A stretch of 63,770 nucleotides of DNA, filler included, from Octopus bimaculoides (lineage: Eukaryota): the NCBI RefSeq assembly GCF_001194135.2. It is 4 parts of 4 records of this genome, joined end to end, with 100 filler letters (N's around TTAATTAATTAA, not from the genome) between each part and the next. Parts side by side here need not be neighbours in the genome. Positions count along the whole stretch, not along the records: positions 11,261 to 35,851 come from NC_068995.1; positions 35,952 to 54,479 come from NC_068981.1; 2 more parts are not named here. One strand, 5' to 3'. The notes below the pieces were generated by a model. It was given only the letters and a program-made list of their open reading frames with translations, was not told where the DNA came from and did not search any database. Positions 25,335 through 38,903 of the stretch are shown piece after piece. The first letter of the stretch is position 1, and every line of letters starts with the position of its first letter. Made by a program: the position numbers and the translations under genes.

Positions 25335-26456
25335 NNNNNNNNNNNNNNNNNNNNNNNNNNNNNNNNNNNNAGAAGAAGAAGAAGAAGAAGAAGAAGAAGA
25401 AGAAGAACTACAACAACAACAACAACGTTGACATCAACGACGATGAGGACAGCATCAATGGCGACGACGACGACGACGACAGCAAGAATGATTAGAGGAA
25501 AGAAAGAAGACAAAGAAAAAGAAGACCCCCGCTCCCACCAAAAAGGAGGGAATCAAAGTTGGGAAAGTGATTGTTACTGTTGTTGTTGTTGTTTAGCCCT
25601 AGGTCTGTCCAAATGGAAGTACAATGAAACTTCCAACAATGGCCATTCCATCGAGGTTTCAAACCTAAAATTTCTACGGCTTAAGACATTTATGACATGT
25701 TTGCTGGGAGTGATATGAGGGAGTGTCGGCTGCTACTTCTAGCAGGACGGTAATAGGGGTGACGTTGGTTAACCCCAGGTCGAGCCTGATCTAAGTAGAC
25801 TTAGGATCAAAGGGATTCCTGTGGTGATAGTAGTGGTGGTGGTGGTGGTGTTAGTAGTGGTGGCGTTATAGGTGGTGGTGGTGGTGGTGAGGTGGTGATT
25901 ATTGTAATGGTAGAGTTTGTTGATGTTAGTAGTAGTAGTAGTGGTGGTGGTGGTGGTGGTAATGATGGCGGTGTGTCGCTGTTTATTCAATTCACGGACG
26001 ATATGTCAATTAGTCGGCTCAATAGCCACGTAATCACGGTTCACCGGGCACATATTCAACTGTTACCTCTCTTTCTGAAAACACACATTGTATGTATGTA
26101 TGTATATATATATATATATGTATATATATNNNNNNNNNNNNNNNNNNNNNNNNNNNNNNNNNNNNNNNNNNNNNNNNNNNNNNNNNNNNNNNNNNNNNNN
26201 NNNNNNNNNNNNNNNNNNNNNNNNNNNNNNNNNNNNNNNNNNNNNNNNNNNNNNNNNNNNNNNNNNNNNNNNNNNNNNNNNNNNNNNNNNNNNNNNNNNN
26301 NNNNNNNNNNNNNNNNNNNNNNNNNNNNNNNNNNNNNNNNNNNNNNNNNNNNNNNNNNNNNNNNNNNNNNNNNNNNNNNNNNNNNNNNNNNNNNNNNNNN
26401 NNNNNNNNNNNNNNNNNNNNNNNNNNNNNNNNNNNNNNNNNNNNNNNNNNNNNNNN

Positions 26457-26488
<32 letters not shown>

Positions 26489-26884
26489 TACCTATGCGTG
26501 CGTGAGTGCGTGTGAATTTGTGTGTGTATGTGTGAGTGTGCTTGAGTTTATATGCGTGTGTGACTCTCACACCTCTTTTCCGCAGGAACGCTACGACGAC
26601 TCTGTACCCTAAGCGTCTCGCTCACTCTGTGTCTGTCTGTCTGTCTCTCTTTCTTTATGTACTTTTCTCAACTCCCTCACTACTCGTATGTTTCCCTCGT
26701 CTCCCACTCTCACTACTCACACTCACGCTCACACTCACACGCTCACACGCTCAGACTCACAGTTTATATTTGCCTCATACACCACACACACACACACACA
26801 CACATCCACACATCCACACACATACACACACACGCACACGCCTCAATGAATTTTCCGCAAGGGTGACTCGGTGTGGTCGTTCGT

Positions 26885-27344
26885 CCTACGAGAAACAGCA
26901 ACCAAAATATTCTTCAAAAAGAAGTTGAGCACATTTAATAATATAGACCGAGGTAAACTATGCTTTTGCTGATTGGTCTGATCATAGGACGAAACAACAG
27001 CATAGATGAGCATCACACATTAACACAGTCACACACCACACACACGTATATATGTATACAGTAATACCTCACTTTACGAGGATCCGCTTTATAGGACCCC
27101 GGATTTACGAGTTTTACCACTATAACAAATATTCCTGCGTTTTACCGAGAAACTTATAGAGAGCGATAAGAAGCTTCTAAGCAAACAATTCTAGACTTTT
27201 TTTTAAAAAAAAGAGATCTACAATGAGCAAAAGCGCTCTGCTCACGACAACTACGTCTTACTGGTGGCATAGTTTACCTCGGTCTATGTTATTAAATGTG
27301 CTCAACTTCTTTTTGAGGGATATTTGGTTGCTATTTCTCGTAGG
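26885..27344. repeat. ~80-bp inverted repeat with ~300-bp spacer
   Basis: 26885-26963 is the reverse complement of 27267-27344 with a few mismatches. Confidence 0.85.
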
Positions 27345-27740
27345 CACAGGTGTGGCTGTGTGGTAATTAGCTTACTTACCAACTACATGGTTCCAGGTTC
27401 AGTCCCACTCCTTGGGCAAGTGTCTTCTACTATAGCCTCGGGCCGACCAAAGCCTTGTGAGTGGATTTGGTAGACGGAAACTGAAAGAAGCCCATCGTAT
27501 ATATGTATATATATGTATGTGTGTGTATATGTTTGTATGTCTGTGTTTGTCCCCAACATCGCTTGACAACCGATGCTGGTGTGTTTACGCCCCCGTAACT
27601 TAGCGGTTCGGCAAAAGAGACCGATAGAATATGTACTAGGCTTACAAAGAATAAGTCCTGGGCTCGATTTGCTCGACTAAAGACGGTGCTCCAGCATGGC
27701 CGCAGTCAAATGACTGAAACAAGTAAAAGAGAGTAAAGAG
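27345..27740 (+). mobile_element. SINE family A, near-intact
   Basis: Full head-to-tail copy ending gactgaaacaagtaaaagag. Confidence 0.9.
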
Positions 27741-27889
27741 TATCTGTCGCGTCTTCGCTCCAGGAAGTAAATTTGATCTTTTTTTCAGCTTTTCCCTGTA
27801 GTTCGTCTGCTGCACTGTTACAATCTTGTTAGATTAGTGACGTTGGACCGTTTCAAGCTCCGCCGTTAGCTTGACACTATATGGTGGCC

Positions 27890-28400
27890 ATAGCTAAGAG
27901 GAGTAGTCCAGGCGGCTGAGAACAAAAGTCCTCCCCAGGATCAACATGACTTCTCGGTCTCTTGTCTTGAAGGTCCTTAGTAGCCATCTTGCCAGTTGCC
28001 TGCACTTGGTTGCCATTTTGGTAATCTGTATATTAAATGATGCATCATTACATGTAATGACCTCAAATCTATGATTCTGGGATTGAAGTGCCTTCAGGTC
28101 CTGTATATGCAGGTCGCGGTGCATTTGTGAGCTGATAGTGCTGTGTTTGAAATTTTGCAGAATTAAACTGCAAGTTGTTTTCTTCAGCCCACTTGCATAT
28201 TGCACTTAAGTCCCGCTATAAGCTTGCAACATTGTCAGGGTTCTTCATTGCCTGTGATAGCTTTGTGTCATAAGTGTAGTTAGTGAGAGTGGCCGTCTGA
28301 ATGACCATGAGTATGTCTAAGGGAGCTACTATAAACAGTAATGGCTCCAAAACAGTTCTTTGAGGTACGTCACTTAGAATGTGTGTTTCTTTAGAGAGTG
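27890..28400 (-). mobile_element. CR1/L2-type LINE RT fragment, decayed
   Basis: SDVPQRTVLEPLLFIV (cf. SGVPQGSVLGPLLF), YDTKL (cf. ADDTKL), and RWLLRTFKTRD...LSRLDY. Confidence 0.85.
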
Positions 28401-28414
28401 CATCATATATATAA

Positions 28415-28509
<95 letters not shown>

Positions 28510-28652
28510 TGTGTGTGTGTGTATATATGTATGTATGTGTATTTGCATGTATAGGTGTATCCTTCTCGTTCCCAATCGGTATCACTTCCTACCTTTGACT
28601 CTTTTTCTCATTCAGTCTCTCTCTCGATCCTCGTTCTCTTTCTGTCCGTCCG

Positions 28653-28743
<91 letters not shown>

Positions 28744-29667
28744 ATCTATCTATCTCTCTATCTATCTATCTATTTATGTTTTGTATATGATTTATATATC
28801 CATGCATTCTATTATACATACTATTGCATTATATATAACATATATATTGTATTATATCATATTAAATATATGATATATATCATATTACACACACATACAT
28901 ATATGTACAAAGAAAGAGAGAGAGAGAAAGACAGAGAGAGAGAAACTCCGACGCAAGCTAGCAAACACACCACACAAATATATATCTCGTTTATTGTTTA
29001 ATTCGTTCAGAAATATAAAAAAAATCATAAAAAGGCCTAACCCACGGCAACTCTACCTCAATTCTCATGGCACCCACAGTTCTACTTTTTTTTTTAATGT
29101 TACACTCACCTTCAACCGCATTCTCTCCCAGTCTCTCTATCACCTTCTCTTAACTCCATTTTAACTTTCTCTCCTCATCTTTTCCGTCTAGTTTTCTGAC
29201 TGCTCCTTTCTCTTTACAGTTTTCTTTTTGCTTCTGTTCCTCTCTTTTCCTTCCCACTTCTTACCGTCACTCTCTTCTTTCCCACTATCTCTTTCTCTCT
29301 GTCTGTCTGTCTATCTATCTATCTCCCTCTCTGAACATCTGGAGTGGTGAGGCGTTTTCTTCTTTCTTTCTATGAAGCAGACGATACTGTAAACAATTTG
29401 TCGGCCATATTGTTCTATACAGACGATGTAATCGGCTGAAAAGAAGGAGTTTCCTAAAGTAGGAAAAAATTACAACTAAAGAAATGAAAAACGATTGAAT
29501 AAATCAGAGTAAATTATATTCAATTAGATATGTTTATGTACATGTAGGGTTTTCAATGTGCACAGTATGTACGCTTGTAGTCGTATGGGTGCTTTTGCTG
29601 TGTGCGTGCCTTTTTTGTTTGCCTGTGTGTGTGTGTGTGTGCGTTTGCGCGCGTGTGTGTGCGTGTG

Positions 29668-29708
<41 letters not shown>

Positions 29709-32132
29709 TTGTATGAGTGTGTGTGAATGAATAAATCTGTTTATATGCATACGCTCATATCTATCTATGTATGTGTATGGGTGTGTGCATATATGTATAT
29801 AGATATGTATATATGAATATATATGTATGATTGCATNNNNNNNNNNNNNNNNNNNNNNNNNNNNNNNNNNNNNNNNNNNNNNNNNNNNNNNNNNNNNNNN
29901 NNNNNNNNNNNNNNNNNNNNNNNNNNNNNNNNNNNNNNNNNNNNNNNNNNNNNNNNNNNNNNNNNNNNNNNNNNNNNNNNNNNNNNNNNNNNNNNNNNNN
30001 NNNNNNNNNNNNNNNNNNNNNNNNNNNNNNNNNNNNNNNNNNNNNNNNNNNNNNNNNNNNNNNNNNNNNNNNNNNNNNNNNNNNNNNNNNNNNNNNNNNN
30101 NNNNNNNNNNNNNNNNNNNNNNNNNNNNNNNNNNNNNNNNNNNNNNNNNNNNNNNNNNNNNNNNNNNNNNNNNNNNNNNNNNNNNNNNNNNNNNNNNNNN
30201 NNNNNNNNNNNNNNNNNNNNNNNNNNNNNNNNNNNNNNNNNNNNNNNNNNNNNNNNNNNNNNNNNNNNNNNNNNNNNNNNNNNNNNNNNNNNNNNNNNNN
30301 NNNNNNNNNNNNNNNNNNNNNNNNNNNNNNNNNNNNNNNNNNNNNNNNNNNNNNNNNNNNNNNNNNNNNNNNNNNNNNNNNNNNNNNNNNNNNNNNNNNN
30401 NNNNNNNNNNNNNNNNNNNNNNNNNNNNNNNNNNNNNNNNNNNNNNNNNNNNNNNNNNNNNNNNNNNNNNNNNNNNNNNNNNNNNNNNNNNNNNNNNNNN
30501 NNNNNNNNNNNNNNNNNNNNNNNNNNNNNNNNNNNNNNNNNNNNNNNNNNNNNNNNNNNNNNNNNNNNNNNNNNNNNNNNNNNNNNNATATCGACTTTAC
30601 CAGTACATGAACTCTCTCTGACAAAGAAAGCAATAGCTTACACCGCCAGAAAAAAATAAAACAACTGTATGCATACCACACAACTACATCAATTGTAATG
30701 AGGTAACATAATGTGTTCTCCCCAGAAGCATTATGACTTCTCCACAGAATCATAACGGATACTAGCAGGGAATTTTAACTTAGAAGAAGAGAGTGAACAA
30801 TCCAATACACTATTCAGTCGATTGTTTCACCTCGCTGCATCACATCATATGCGTAATAAATCATTTCATCTGCTGTGCGATGTAGTGCATAATTACAAGC
30901 AATAATTTTACATCATCTTTTAACAAAAATGAGAGCTGAAATTGTTTGATCAAAAAAAAAAAGAGATTCTTAAACTTATTTTTCGAAATGGCTTACTGAT
31001 ATCGATTTTGAAATAAAGGCTCGATATCATATGCTAATTCCTACCAGCCCACTACGACCACAAAAAGGAGAAATACAGGAAGCCTACTGGCAATTTTTGT
31101 GTGGTTAGTTTACGTTACCATACGACCCCGACCTGATCTAAAGGTCGTCGAAAATTTGACCTTAAACTGTCAACTTTAAAACCGCTTTCAGCATGGTGTT
31201 CTTTATGATGTAATAGAGACTTTATATGACATATCACATTCCTGATTTGCCGTGTCTTCTGTCAAAAAAAAAAAAAAAAGAAGAAAATGAAAGAAAAGAA
31301 ACAAACAAGCTAAAGAGCCGACCGTAAAATAGAAAACAACTTGAAGATACGACCAACACAACCAATGAAAAACGAATTAACATTTTGGAAAATGAAGATA
31401 ATTATTTGACTTGATGCCTCTCAGATCAGTAATCTTTTTAGATGTGTTGTCAAGGCAGTAATCTTGACCATATCAGCTGCAAATTCTAGCCCTATGACTT
31501 CTGTCAAAGACGGTCGTCTAATTTAGTATCTTCCGTCAATAATTTTTTCTTTACGCCCGCATATGACAAAATGTTATGGCGTTAGAGGTGGAATCGGAAA
31601 AGATGAGAACAAGTAAGAAATAAATTTGATAAAAAAGAATATATTGAATGTTGTTTTCACTGTCCAATTTTTCCTGTCTTGGTTTGTGTTTGCCACCTTG
31701 GAATCCTCTGTGTAGTGGGTTGATCCACTACTCAGGAAGAGACTATTCTAGAGTACGTTCTGTCTTATCTTCGAAACATCAGGTTAGAATAGAGACAGCT
31801 GATGAAGGAATATTCCAAGTGGCTTTCCATTTTCCTATGTGTTCGTTCCGTTGTCTGTAGTTCATTGTTCTAACGTCCTGTACCCTGATATGCATATATA
31901 TACACATGTAGATGTAAGTATGTACATATATGTGTGTATACATGTACATATATTCTTTGTATTATNNNNNNNNNNNNNNNNNNNNNNNNNNNNNNNNNNN
32001 NNNNNNNNNNNNNNNNNNNNNNNNNNNNNNNNNNNNNNNNNNNNNNNNNNNNNNNNNNNNNNNNNNNNNNNNNNNNNNNNNNNNNNNNNNNNNNNNNNNN
32101 NNNNNNNNNNNNNNNNNNNNNNNNNNNNNNNN

Positions 32133-32165
<33 letters not shown>

Positions 32166-32344
32166 GTATGTATGTATTTACATTTAAGCCTTTTTCTTTC
32201 TTTTCTTTTATTCTTTTACCTGTTTCAGCTTGTTAGCACTAGACAAAAATTCTGATTTTGAAGATAAAATTCACTCAAGTTTTATATGACCCCATTCCGA
32301 TAATCTTCCCACGACGCTCAACTTCTCGTAAATATACGGATGTC

Positions 32345-32550
32345 TTTTATCTTTTACTTGTTTCAGTCATTAAACTGCGGCCATACTGGGGCACTGCCAT
32401 AAAAAAACTTTAGTCGAACATATTTGACCCCAGTACTTATTTTTTTTTTTTTTAAGTATGGTACATATTCATCGGTGTTTTTTGCCGAACCACTAGTTAA
32501 CAGGGACGTAAACACACCAACACCGGTTGTCATACAACACAGCCACGCCT
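32345..32550 (-). mobile_element. SINE family A, decayed
   Basis: ttttacttgtttcagtcattaaactgcggcc...gccgaaccact. Confidence 0.75.
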
Positions 32551-32763
32551 GTGCGTATGGGTAAGTAATTTGAATATATATGCTTATATAAACATGAATG
32601 TATGTATATATTCACACATATATTTGCTGAATGAAACTTTGTGTGAATGAGTGCATGCACATATATCTATTTCTCAATGTATTTTTCTATATATTTATTC
32701 ACACATTTACTTGTATATACAATCTAATTAATTACTATGTGTATATGTATGTATGCGTGTGTA

Positions 32764-32801
<38 letters not shown>

Positions 32802-33642
32802 TTTTGGATTTGGTTTGCAAGACTCTATATGTGATTTCATATATATATATATATATATATACATACATGCATGCATGCATACATATATGTTTATATACAC
32901 ATATATACATATATACGCACACATACGCGTGCACTCATATACATGTATATACATATGTAGGTAAAAGCTCACGCTACACTCACATACATACACACACGTA
33001 CACACATATACACTAACTTATATATTAATTAGACATTGAACATATGTTTTTTAAAGCATATAATTACGATAAATTGATATATTTAGCAAATGATGCATTA
33101 GGATTTAAACCGTGTGTGATGGCATGCAAGACGAGAGCGTGTTTGTAAGGTGAAATGTTGTGCAGTAAGTGCTAAGTATAGTTTAGAGATCAAAATTATT
33201 AAATTCAATTTAATGGGCGAATTAAGGAACGGTTTAGTAATGCAAGATTTGAATAAAATAAATTAAATATTTTAATGAAATATTCTAAATTAATTAGATA
33301 TATTTTATGAAAATATTCTATAATGGGAAGATTGTCACAAAAGTCAAACATAGAGAATGTATTGTAGGTTTATTGTAGATGTATTAAGGAAAATTATATT
33401 AGTGTAAACAGCATATCTAAAGTTTATAGAGACATGCATGAACATGTAGCATCCACAAGCACAAATGCTCACACACATACACTTGAACACGCACACACAC
33501 TCATATACGTGTGCATGATTAGAGGTTTGTGTACATACACACAAATGAACACATACACGCACATACACATACGGCCTTTGTTGTATAGATATTGAAGATG
33601 GCAAAAATTTGTAATATATACATACATATATATGCATATCCA

Positions 33643-33717
<75 letters not shown>

Positions 33718-34144
33718 GTGCGTGTCTGTACGGGTGTGCGCGCGCGTATGTATGGATACTGATTGGTATGTTTGCATCTATTTGTCTACAGTGCGAAATT
33801 TTCTCCATAACAAAACACAGTGAATGGTTTTCTTACGGGTTCGAATACGTCTTCAGTTTATTTGAACTAGTAACAAATTTATATACACTCACTCACACAC
33901 ACATACACACACTCCCACGCTCACACACAAATATATACATTTACATACACATACATATGCGCATATATACATATACATATATATATGTATATATAAAAGA
34001 TACCACTAAGTGGACTGTTAATGTGCTAGAAAAAGATCACACGTAATATGTCTATTAAGACCGAATTGTTCTCAAAGAAAAATTTAGCGAAGCAAAACAT
34101 GTATCTATGTATTTGTGTGCGTATGTGTGTAATATACATATAAA

Positions 34145-34183
<39 letters not shown>

Positions 34184-34267
34184 NNNNNNNNNNNNNNNNN
34201 NNNNNNNNNNNNNTATGTATGTATTCACACATACATAAGTATATTATTACATGCTAGAATGTATGTA

Positions 34268-34310
<43 letters not shown>

Positions 34311-35246
34311 ATATAAATACTGAAGATTAGTTCAATATTTTCTTGGTGTCTTGTCCGGAATAAACCTCGAGATCATAAACTTCAGTGTAAAATAAATCAT
34401 GAATAAAGTACATAAAGTTCCAAGTTACGTTCTGGACGCCTGAAAATCTTTAATCAAACATGGTCTTGAAACTTTGCACGAAGCATTGCTTTTATGTGTG
34501 ATCACATCTCTACTGTTGTCATCTGAATTTAATCAAAAAGTGCCAAACGTGTACATTTAGCATCCGGTGGGATGTACTTGTAAAGATGAACTGTCTCGAT
34601 GGAAATACACCGCAAACGACGAAAGAAAAAAATATACCATGGCGTGACCATGTACGGAAGAGAAGCAAAAGCGATCTGCAGGTAGAGGGAATTATCAAAC
34701 ATCTGTCAAACTTTGGATTGCCATCAAATAGTAAAGCGTAATTTCCGAAAACTGGTGGGTAAGACGAGCGACTGAAATGCTCGCATTAGTTCTAGATAAC
34801 AAAACACTGAAAGATATCATGTATCTAGAAATCAGATTTCGTCTAATTGTCATCATAAAAAGAAAATTTATCCCGGATAACTTATAGACGACTGGTAACT
34901 CAGACCCACAGCTATTATATATAACACACGTAGCGGTCTTGTGACAGCTTGAAAATCATCCGTCTGGTTTGGGCAGCATTGTTTATACAGTAAGAGTCCA
35001 GCTAGATAAGTTTCAACTGGCATATTATAGGCCTACTGAATGAGATAACGACATAGATTCATTCATCACATTTAGTGCAAGTAATCACACTCTCATGCAT
35101 GAGAAAATGGAATGGGGAAAAAAATAGCTGATCCCTAACGGGTAAATAAGTTGAATGAGCTTCCCTCTCGATTGGCATATATGTGAGTGTGTGTTGTGCG
35201 TGTGTGTGTGTGTGTGTGTGTGGAGAGAGAGAGAGANNNNNNNNNN

Positions 35247-35282
<36 letters not shown>

Positions 35283-35334
35283 GAGAGAGAGAGGCATACA
35301 TATAAAATATAAAAATGTACCTATATACGAGTAA

Positions 35335-35590
35335 AGGTGTGGTTAAAGTGCTGCACTCACGAATGCGAGATCGTGGGTTCGTGTTGTGTTTTTGAGCAAA
35401 GCCTTTCCATTTCACGTTGCTCTACGATCACTTCGGTATCTGACATGTGTCACTCCGTTGCACCTCTGCAGGCAATGTCGATTTGACGAAAGGAGTGAGA
35501 TTATGTCTACACAAACATTTGATCACTATAAACAAATCATCTGTTTGGTTGTTCGATAAGGAACCCTCATACGTCGTGTAACGATGTGAG
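35335..35590 (+). mobile_element. SINE family F
   Basis: Shares catttgatcactataaacaaatcat with the minus-strand copy at 49010-49270. Confidence 0.65.
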
Positions 35591-35604
35591 AGTTCTTTGT
35601 TAGA

Positions 35605-35851
35605 TTACTCTTTTACTCTTTTACTTGTTTCAGCCATTTGATTGCAGCCATTTCACTGCAGCCGTGCTGGAGCACCGATTTTAGTCGAGCAAATCGACCC
35701 CAGGACTTAGTCTTTGTAAGCCTAGTACTTATCCTATCGGCCTCTTTTGTCGAACCGCTAAATTACGGAGACGTAGACACACCAGCATCGGTTGTCAGGC
35801 GATGTTGGGTAGACAAAGACAGACACACAAACACACACACACACACACACA
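35605..35851 (-). mobile_element. SINE family A 3' half ending at a gap
   Basis: Tail motif plus gtcgaaccgctaaattacggagacgtagacacacc. Confidence 0.82.
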
Positions 35852-35951
35852 NNNNNNNNNNNNNNNNNNNNNNNNNNNNNNNNNNNNNNNNNNNNTTAAT
35901 TAATTAANNNNNNNNNNNNNNNNNNNNNNNNNNNNNNNNNNNNNNNNNNNN
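35852..35951. other. Assembly placeholder: N44-TTAATTAATTAA-N44
   Basis: Identical layout to 11161-11260. Confidence 0.95.
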
Positions 35952-36183
35952 GGCACATAAAAGACACCATTTCGAGCGTGGCCGTTTTCGTGCGGGTGAC
36001 ACGTAAAAGCACCCACTACACTCTCTGAGTGGTTGGCGTTAGGAAGGGCATCCAGCTGTAGAAACTCTGCCAAATCAGACTGGAGCCTGGTGTTGCCATC
36101 CGGTTTCACCAGTCCTCAGTCAAATCGTCCAACCCATGCTAGCATGGAAAGCGGACGTTAAACGATGATGATGATGATGATGA
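35952..36183 (+). mobile_element. SINE family C with RTE-like 3' end and (GAT)n tail
   Basis: ...ttggcgttaggaagggcatccagctgtagaaac...ccatgctagcatggaaagcggacgttaaacgatgatgatg; further copies at 41523-41566 (+), 50662-50890 (-) and 54250-54479 (-). Confidence 0.82.
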
Positions 36184-38012
36184 AGGTTTTGATCAGCATG
36201 ATGCTATAGTAAAAGACTTGCCCAAAGTACCATGCAGTGGGGCTGAATCTGAAATCACATGGTTGTAAAGCAAGCTTCTTAACTACACAACCATACCAGC
36301 ACCATAAAAATTGATGTTCCCTTGTCAGCAATCAAACCTGGACCACCAGGGAGAAAGACTGGAATCATCACTACTTGACTATAAATTTAACATAGCAATA
36401 CTAGTCCAGGTAACTGTCTAAAAAGAAGATAGATTGGATTGTATAAGAAAATGTGGATAATAAACCACTACATAAAATTAGCTTTTGTTTGATTAAGACA
36501 ACCTGCTTTTCCCAAATTCTGTTCTTTGGTTTTTTGCAGAAGTGGGTGGCATGCATTTGTAAAATGCCATTCAGTGAAAAGGGGAACTGAGCTACAAAAG
36601 GTTGAGAAAGAACTATGGCTCTAAAGTATAAGAAATGATAGTCAATAGAATATAATAATTATAGAATATAATAACTAACTCCTGAAATTCTGATAAAGCA
36701 ATTTCACCTATTGTTTGTTACTGGTTATTTTATTGGTCCACCTAAGATTTGAACTGAAAAACTAAAGGAACAAAACGAAATACTGTGACACATTTAATTT
36801 GGCTTCCTGCTGCCTTTATGTCTCCACAATCTGAAGTAATCACGAACTGAACTAAATACTATCCTTAGAAGAAACTGCTGTAGAATGTTTTTGTAAAAAG
36901 AAATAACTAACTTTATATCATTATTAAATTCCAGAACACACTATAATTATGAAAAACTGATATTTGTTATAAAGCAAAGCTAAGTGCAACATTCATATCA
37001 CTAAAGGAATCTAATTCAACGCCCAGTGTTTGCTTTTCATCAGCAACTAAATACAACACTCCATTCAATCAACATTTCAAATACACATACAACCTGTACT
37101 GTAATGGTAGTTTTAACTGTCATAACCAAAAAAAATTTTATATCTCATGAGGAAACACTTTTGTTTTGTTTAACATAATCATCATCATCATCACTTAAAG
37201 GGGAAAGGGTAGTGCTCATAATGCTCTTTTCAGGGCTTCTGTTACAGGTGGGAGAAAGTTATCCTCAGATTGGAAATCTGGTAGGAATATTTGCAAGAGC
37301 CTGCCATCAGAAATGCAACATTATGTCTAGTTAACATTTCAAATATACATACTATCATATGTTTAATTACATAATGAGCTCCGAGAAAGAAAAACAAACT
37401 GTTGTAACTGTAGTCTATGATCTCAGTACAACAGAATGACATTTTTCAGCCTAATGAAACAAAAAAGTCTATAAAACAAAAATAGATAAATTAAAAAACA
37501 AAATTAAATAATTAAAAGTGAACTATATGAGATTAGAGTTGAGGGCACATTGCTCTCCATCTGAAGTTACTAGAGTAGACTACATTACAAACAATAGATT
37601 AGATCTAGAAAACAAGATAGAGAACTATCATACCCAGAATTCACATAAAAACAAAGCCAAATAAACTGGTATCAGTGAATCTAATTTCATTGTACAAAAC
37701 AAAATCTATATCATTTTTAAAATATTATTTTAATTAAAACAAAAAAAAAAAAAATTGGTACTATAAGTGTCAATCAGCTGTGTAAAATTATCGACACAAG
37801 TTTAGAGCATGACAGCAAAACATGTATCAGCAGTGAGTGAGAGACAGTGATGGATTTAAAAATAACATTTTATTACAAGAAAATTAATGGAGAATAAACA
37901 GATCAAGAAATGACAAAAAAGAAAGGGTAGGGTGTCTATGAATGCAGACTTGAAACTCAAAATCCTCCACTTCATTTCCCATTCATGATACGCATATAAA
38001 AAATTTATATAT

Positions 38013-38241
38013 TTAACCCTTTAGTGTTTAAACCAGCCATATCCGGCCCAATATATTCTACATGTTTTATATTCAAACTGGCGATATCCAGCCTCTCACA
38101 CCTAACCTACATTGACATTCTAAAAATAAACAATCACATCACTGAAACCTCGAAGCTATAAGATAATGCATGATTAATTCAAAACAATTTGAGTGAAAAA
38201 ATATTACATTTAACAGAGTAATCTGAACACTAAAAGGTTAA
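38013..38241. mobile_element. piggyBac-like MITE with TTAA target duplication
   Basis: TTAA-ccctttagtgtt ... aacactaaaagg-TTAA; ~12-bp imperfect TIRs around a 221-bp non-coding interior. Confidence 0.75.
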
Positions 38242-38477
38242 CGTATTCGTTGACTGTAACTTACAGTATTTGCCTTCAAACTGAAATAGCTCTTGCTACT
38301 TACAGAACTCTACAGGCCTGTGGTAACAGAACTTTTACAGACATTGATCTCTCAATGACACAAATTTGTAGGTGCAGTATATATATAGTTTATAGATGAG
38401 AGATATTCTTTGTAGTACTCAAGATATTTAAACTTGAGCCGGTCGAGGAGTAAATCTAAAGACAAGCAAGATAGGCA

Positions 38478-38903
38478 AGTTGATATACAAAAAATATGAA
38501 ATACATTTAATACAAAAAATGTGTTATGTTTACATATGAAAAGGTCTGAATTACACAGAATCGAAATATCAGGAATTAAAGGAGCTGAATGAGAGTTTTA
38601 CAAGTCCAGCAGCTGTTTCTGGGGGCTTGGTGGTTCACAATAATGATTGTAAATTGATTCCATCATCGGATAATACCAGCCTCCATCTTCAGGGAAGAAT
38701 TTTACATTTGAGGTGTTGACAGAAAGGAGATTAAAGATGGAATGATTTTGTGGAAAACTAAGTGTATTAGAAGGTATTTAGATAGAGAATTGTGGGAGGA
38801 AAAAATAAATTTCAGGGTTAGGGGTTACTAAATTGGAACTTTTTATATGTAAACATGCACATTTTTTGTATTAAATGTATTTAATATTTTTTGTATATCG
38901 ACT
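38478..38903. repeat. ~65-bp inverted repeat with ~290-bp spacer
   Basis: 38478-38545 vs 38838-38903, about 5 differences; the right arm runs into N. Confidence 0.85.

Noticed and set aside
31760-31830. cgaaac ... ctgatgaagg as a hammerhead
   Set aside because: The core segments are in an order and spacing for which I could not build supporting stems.
37219-37320. Short minus frame ISDGRLLQIFLPDFQSEDNFLPPVTEALKRAL*
   Set aside because: Bounded by stops, with no acceptor and no recognisable homology.
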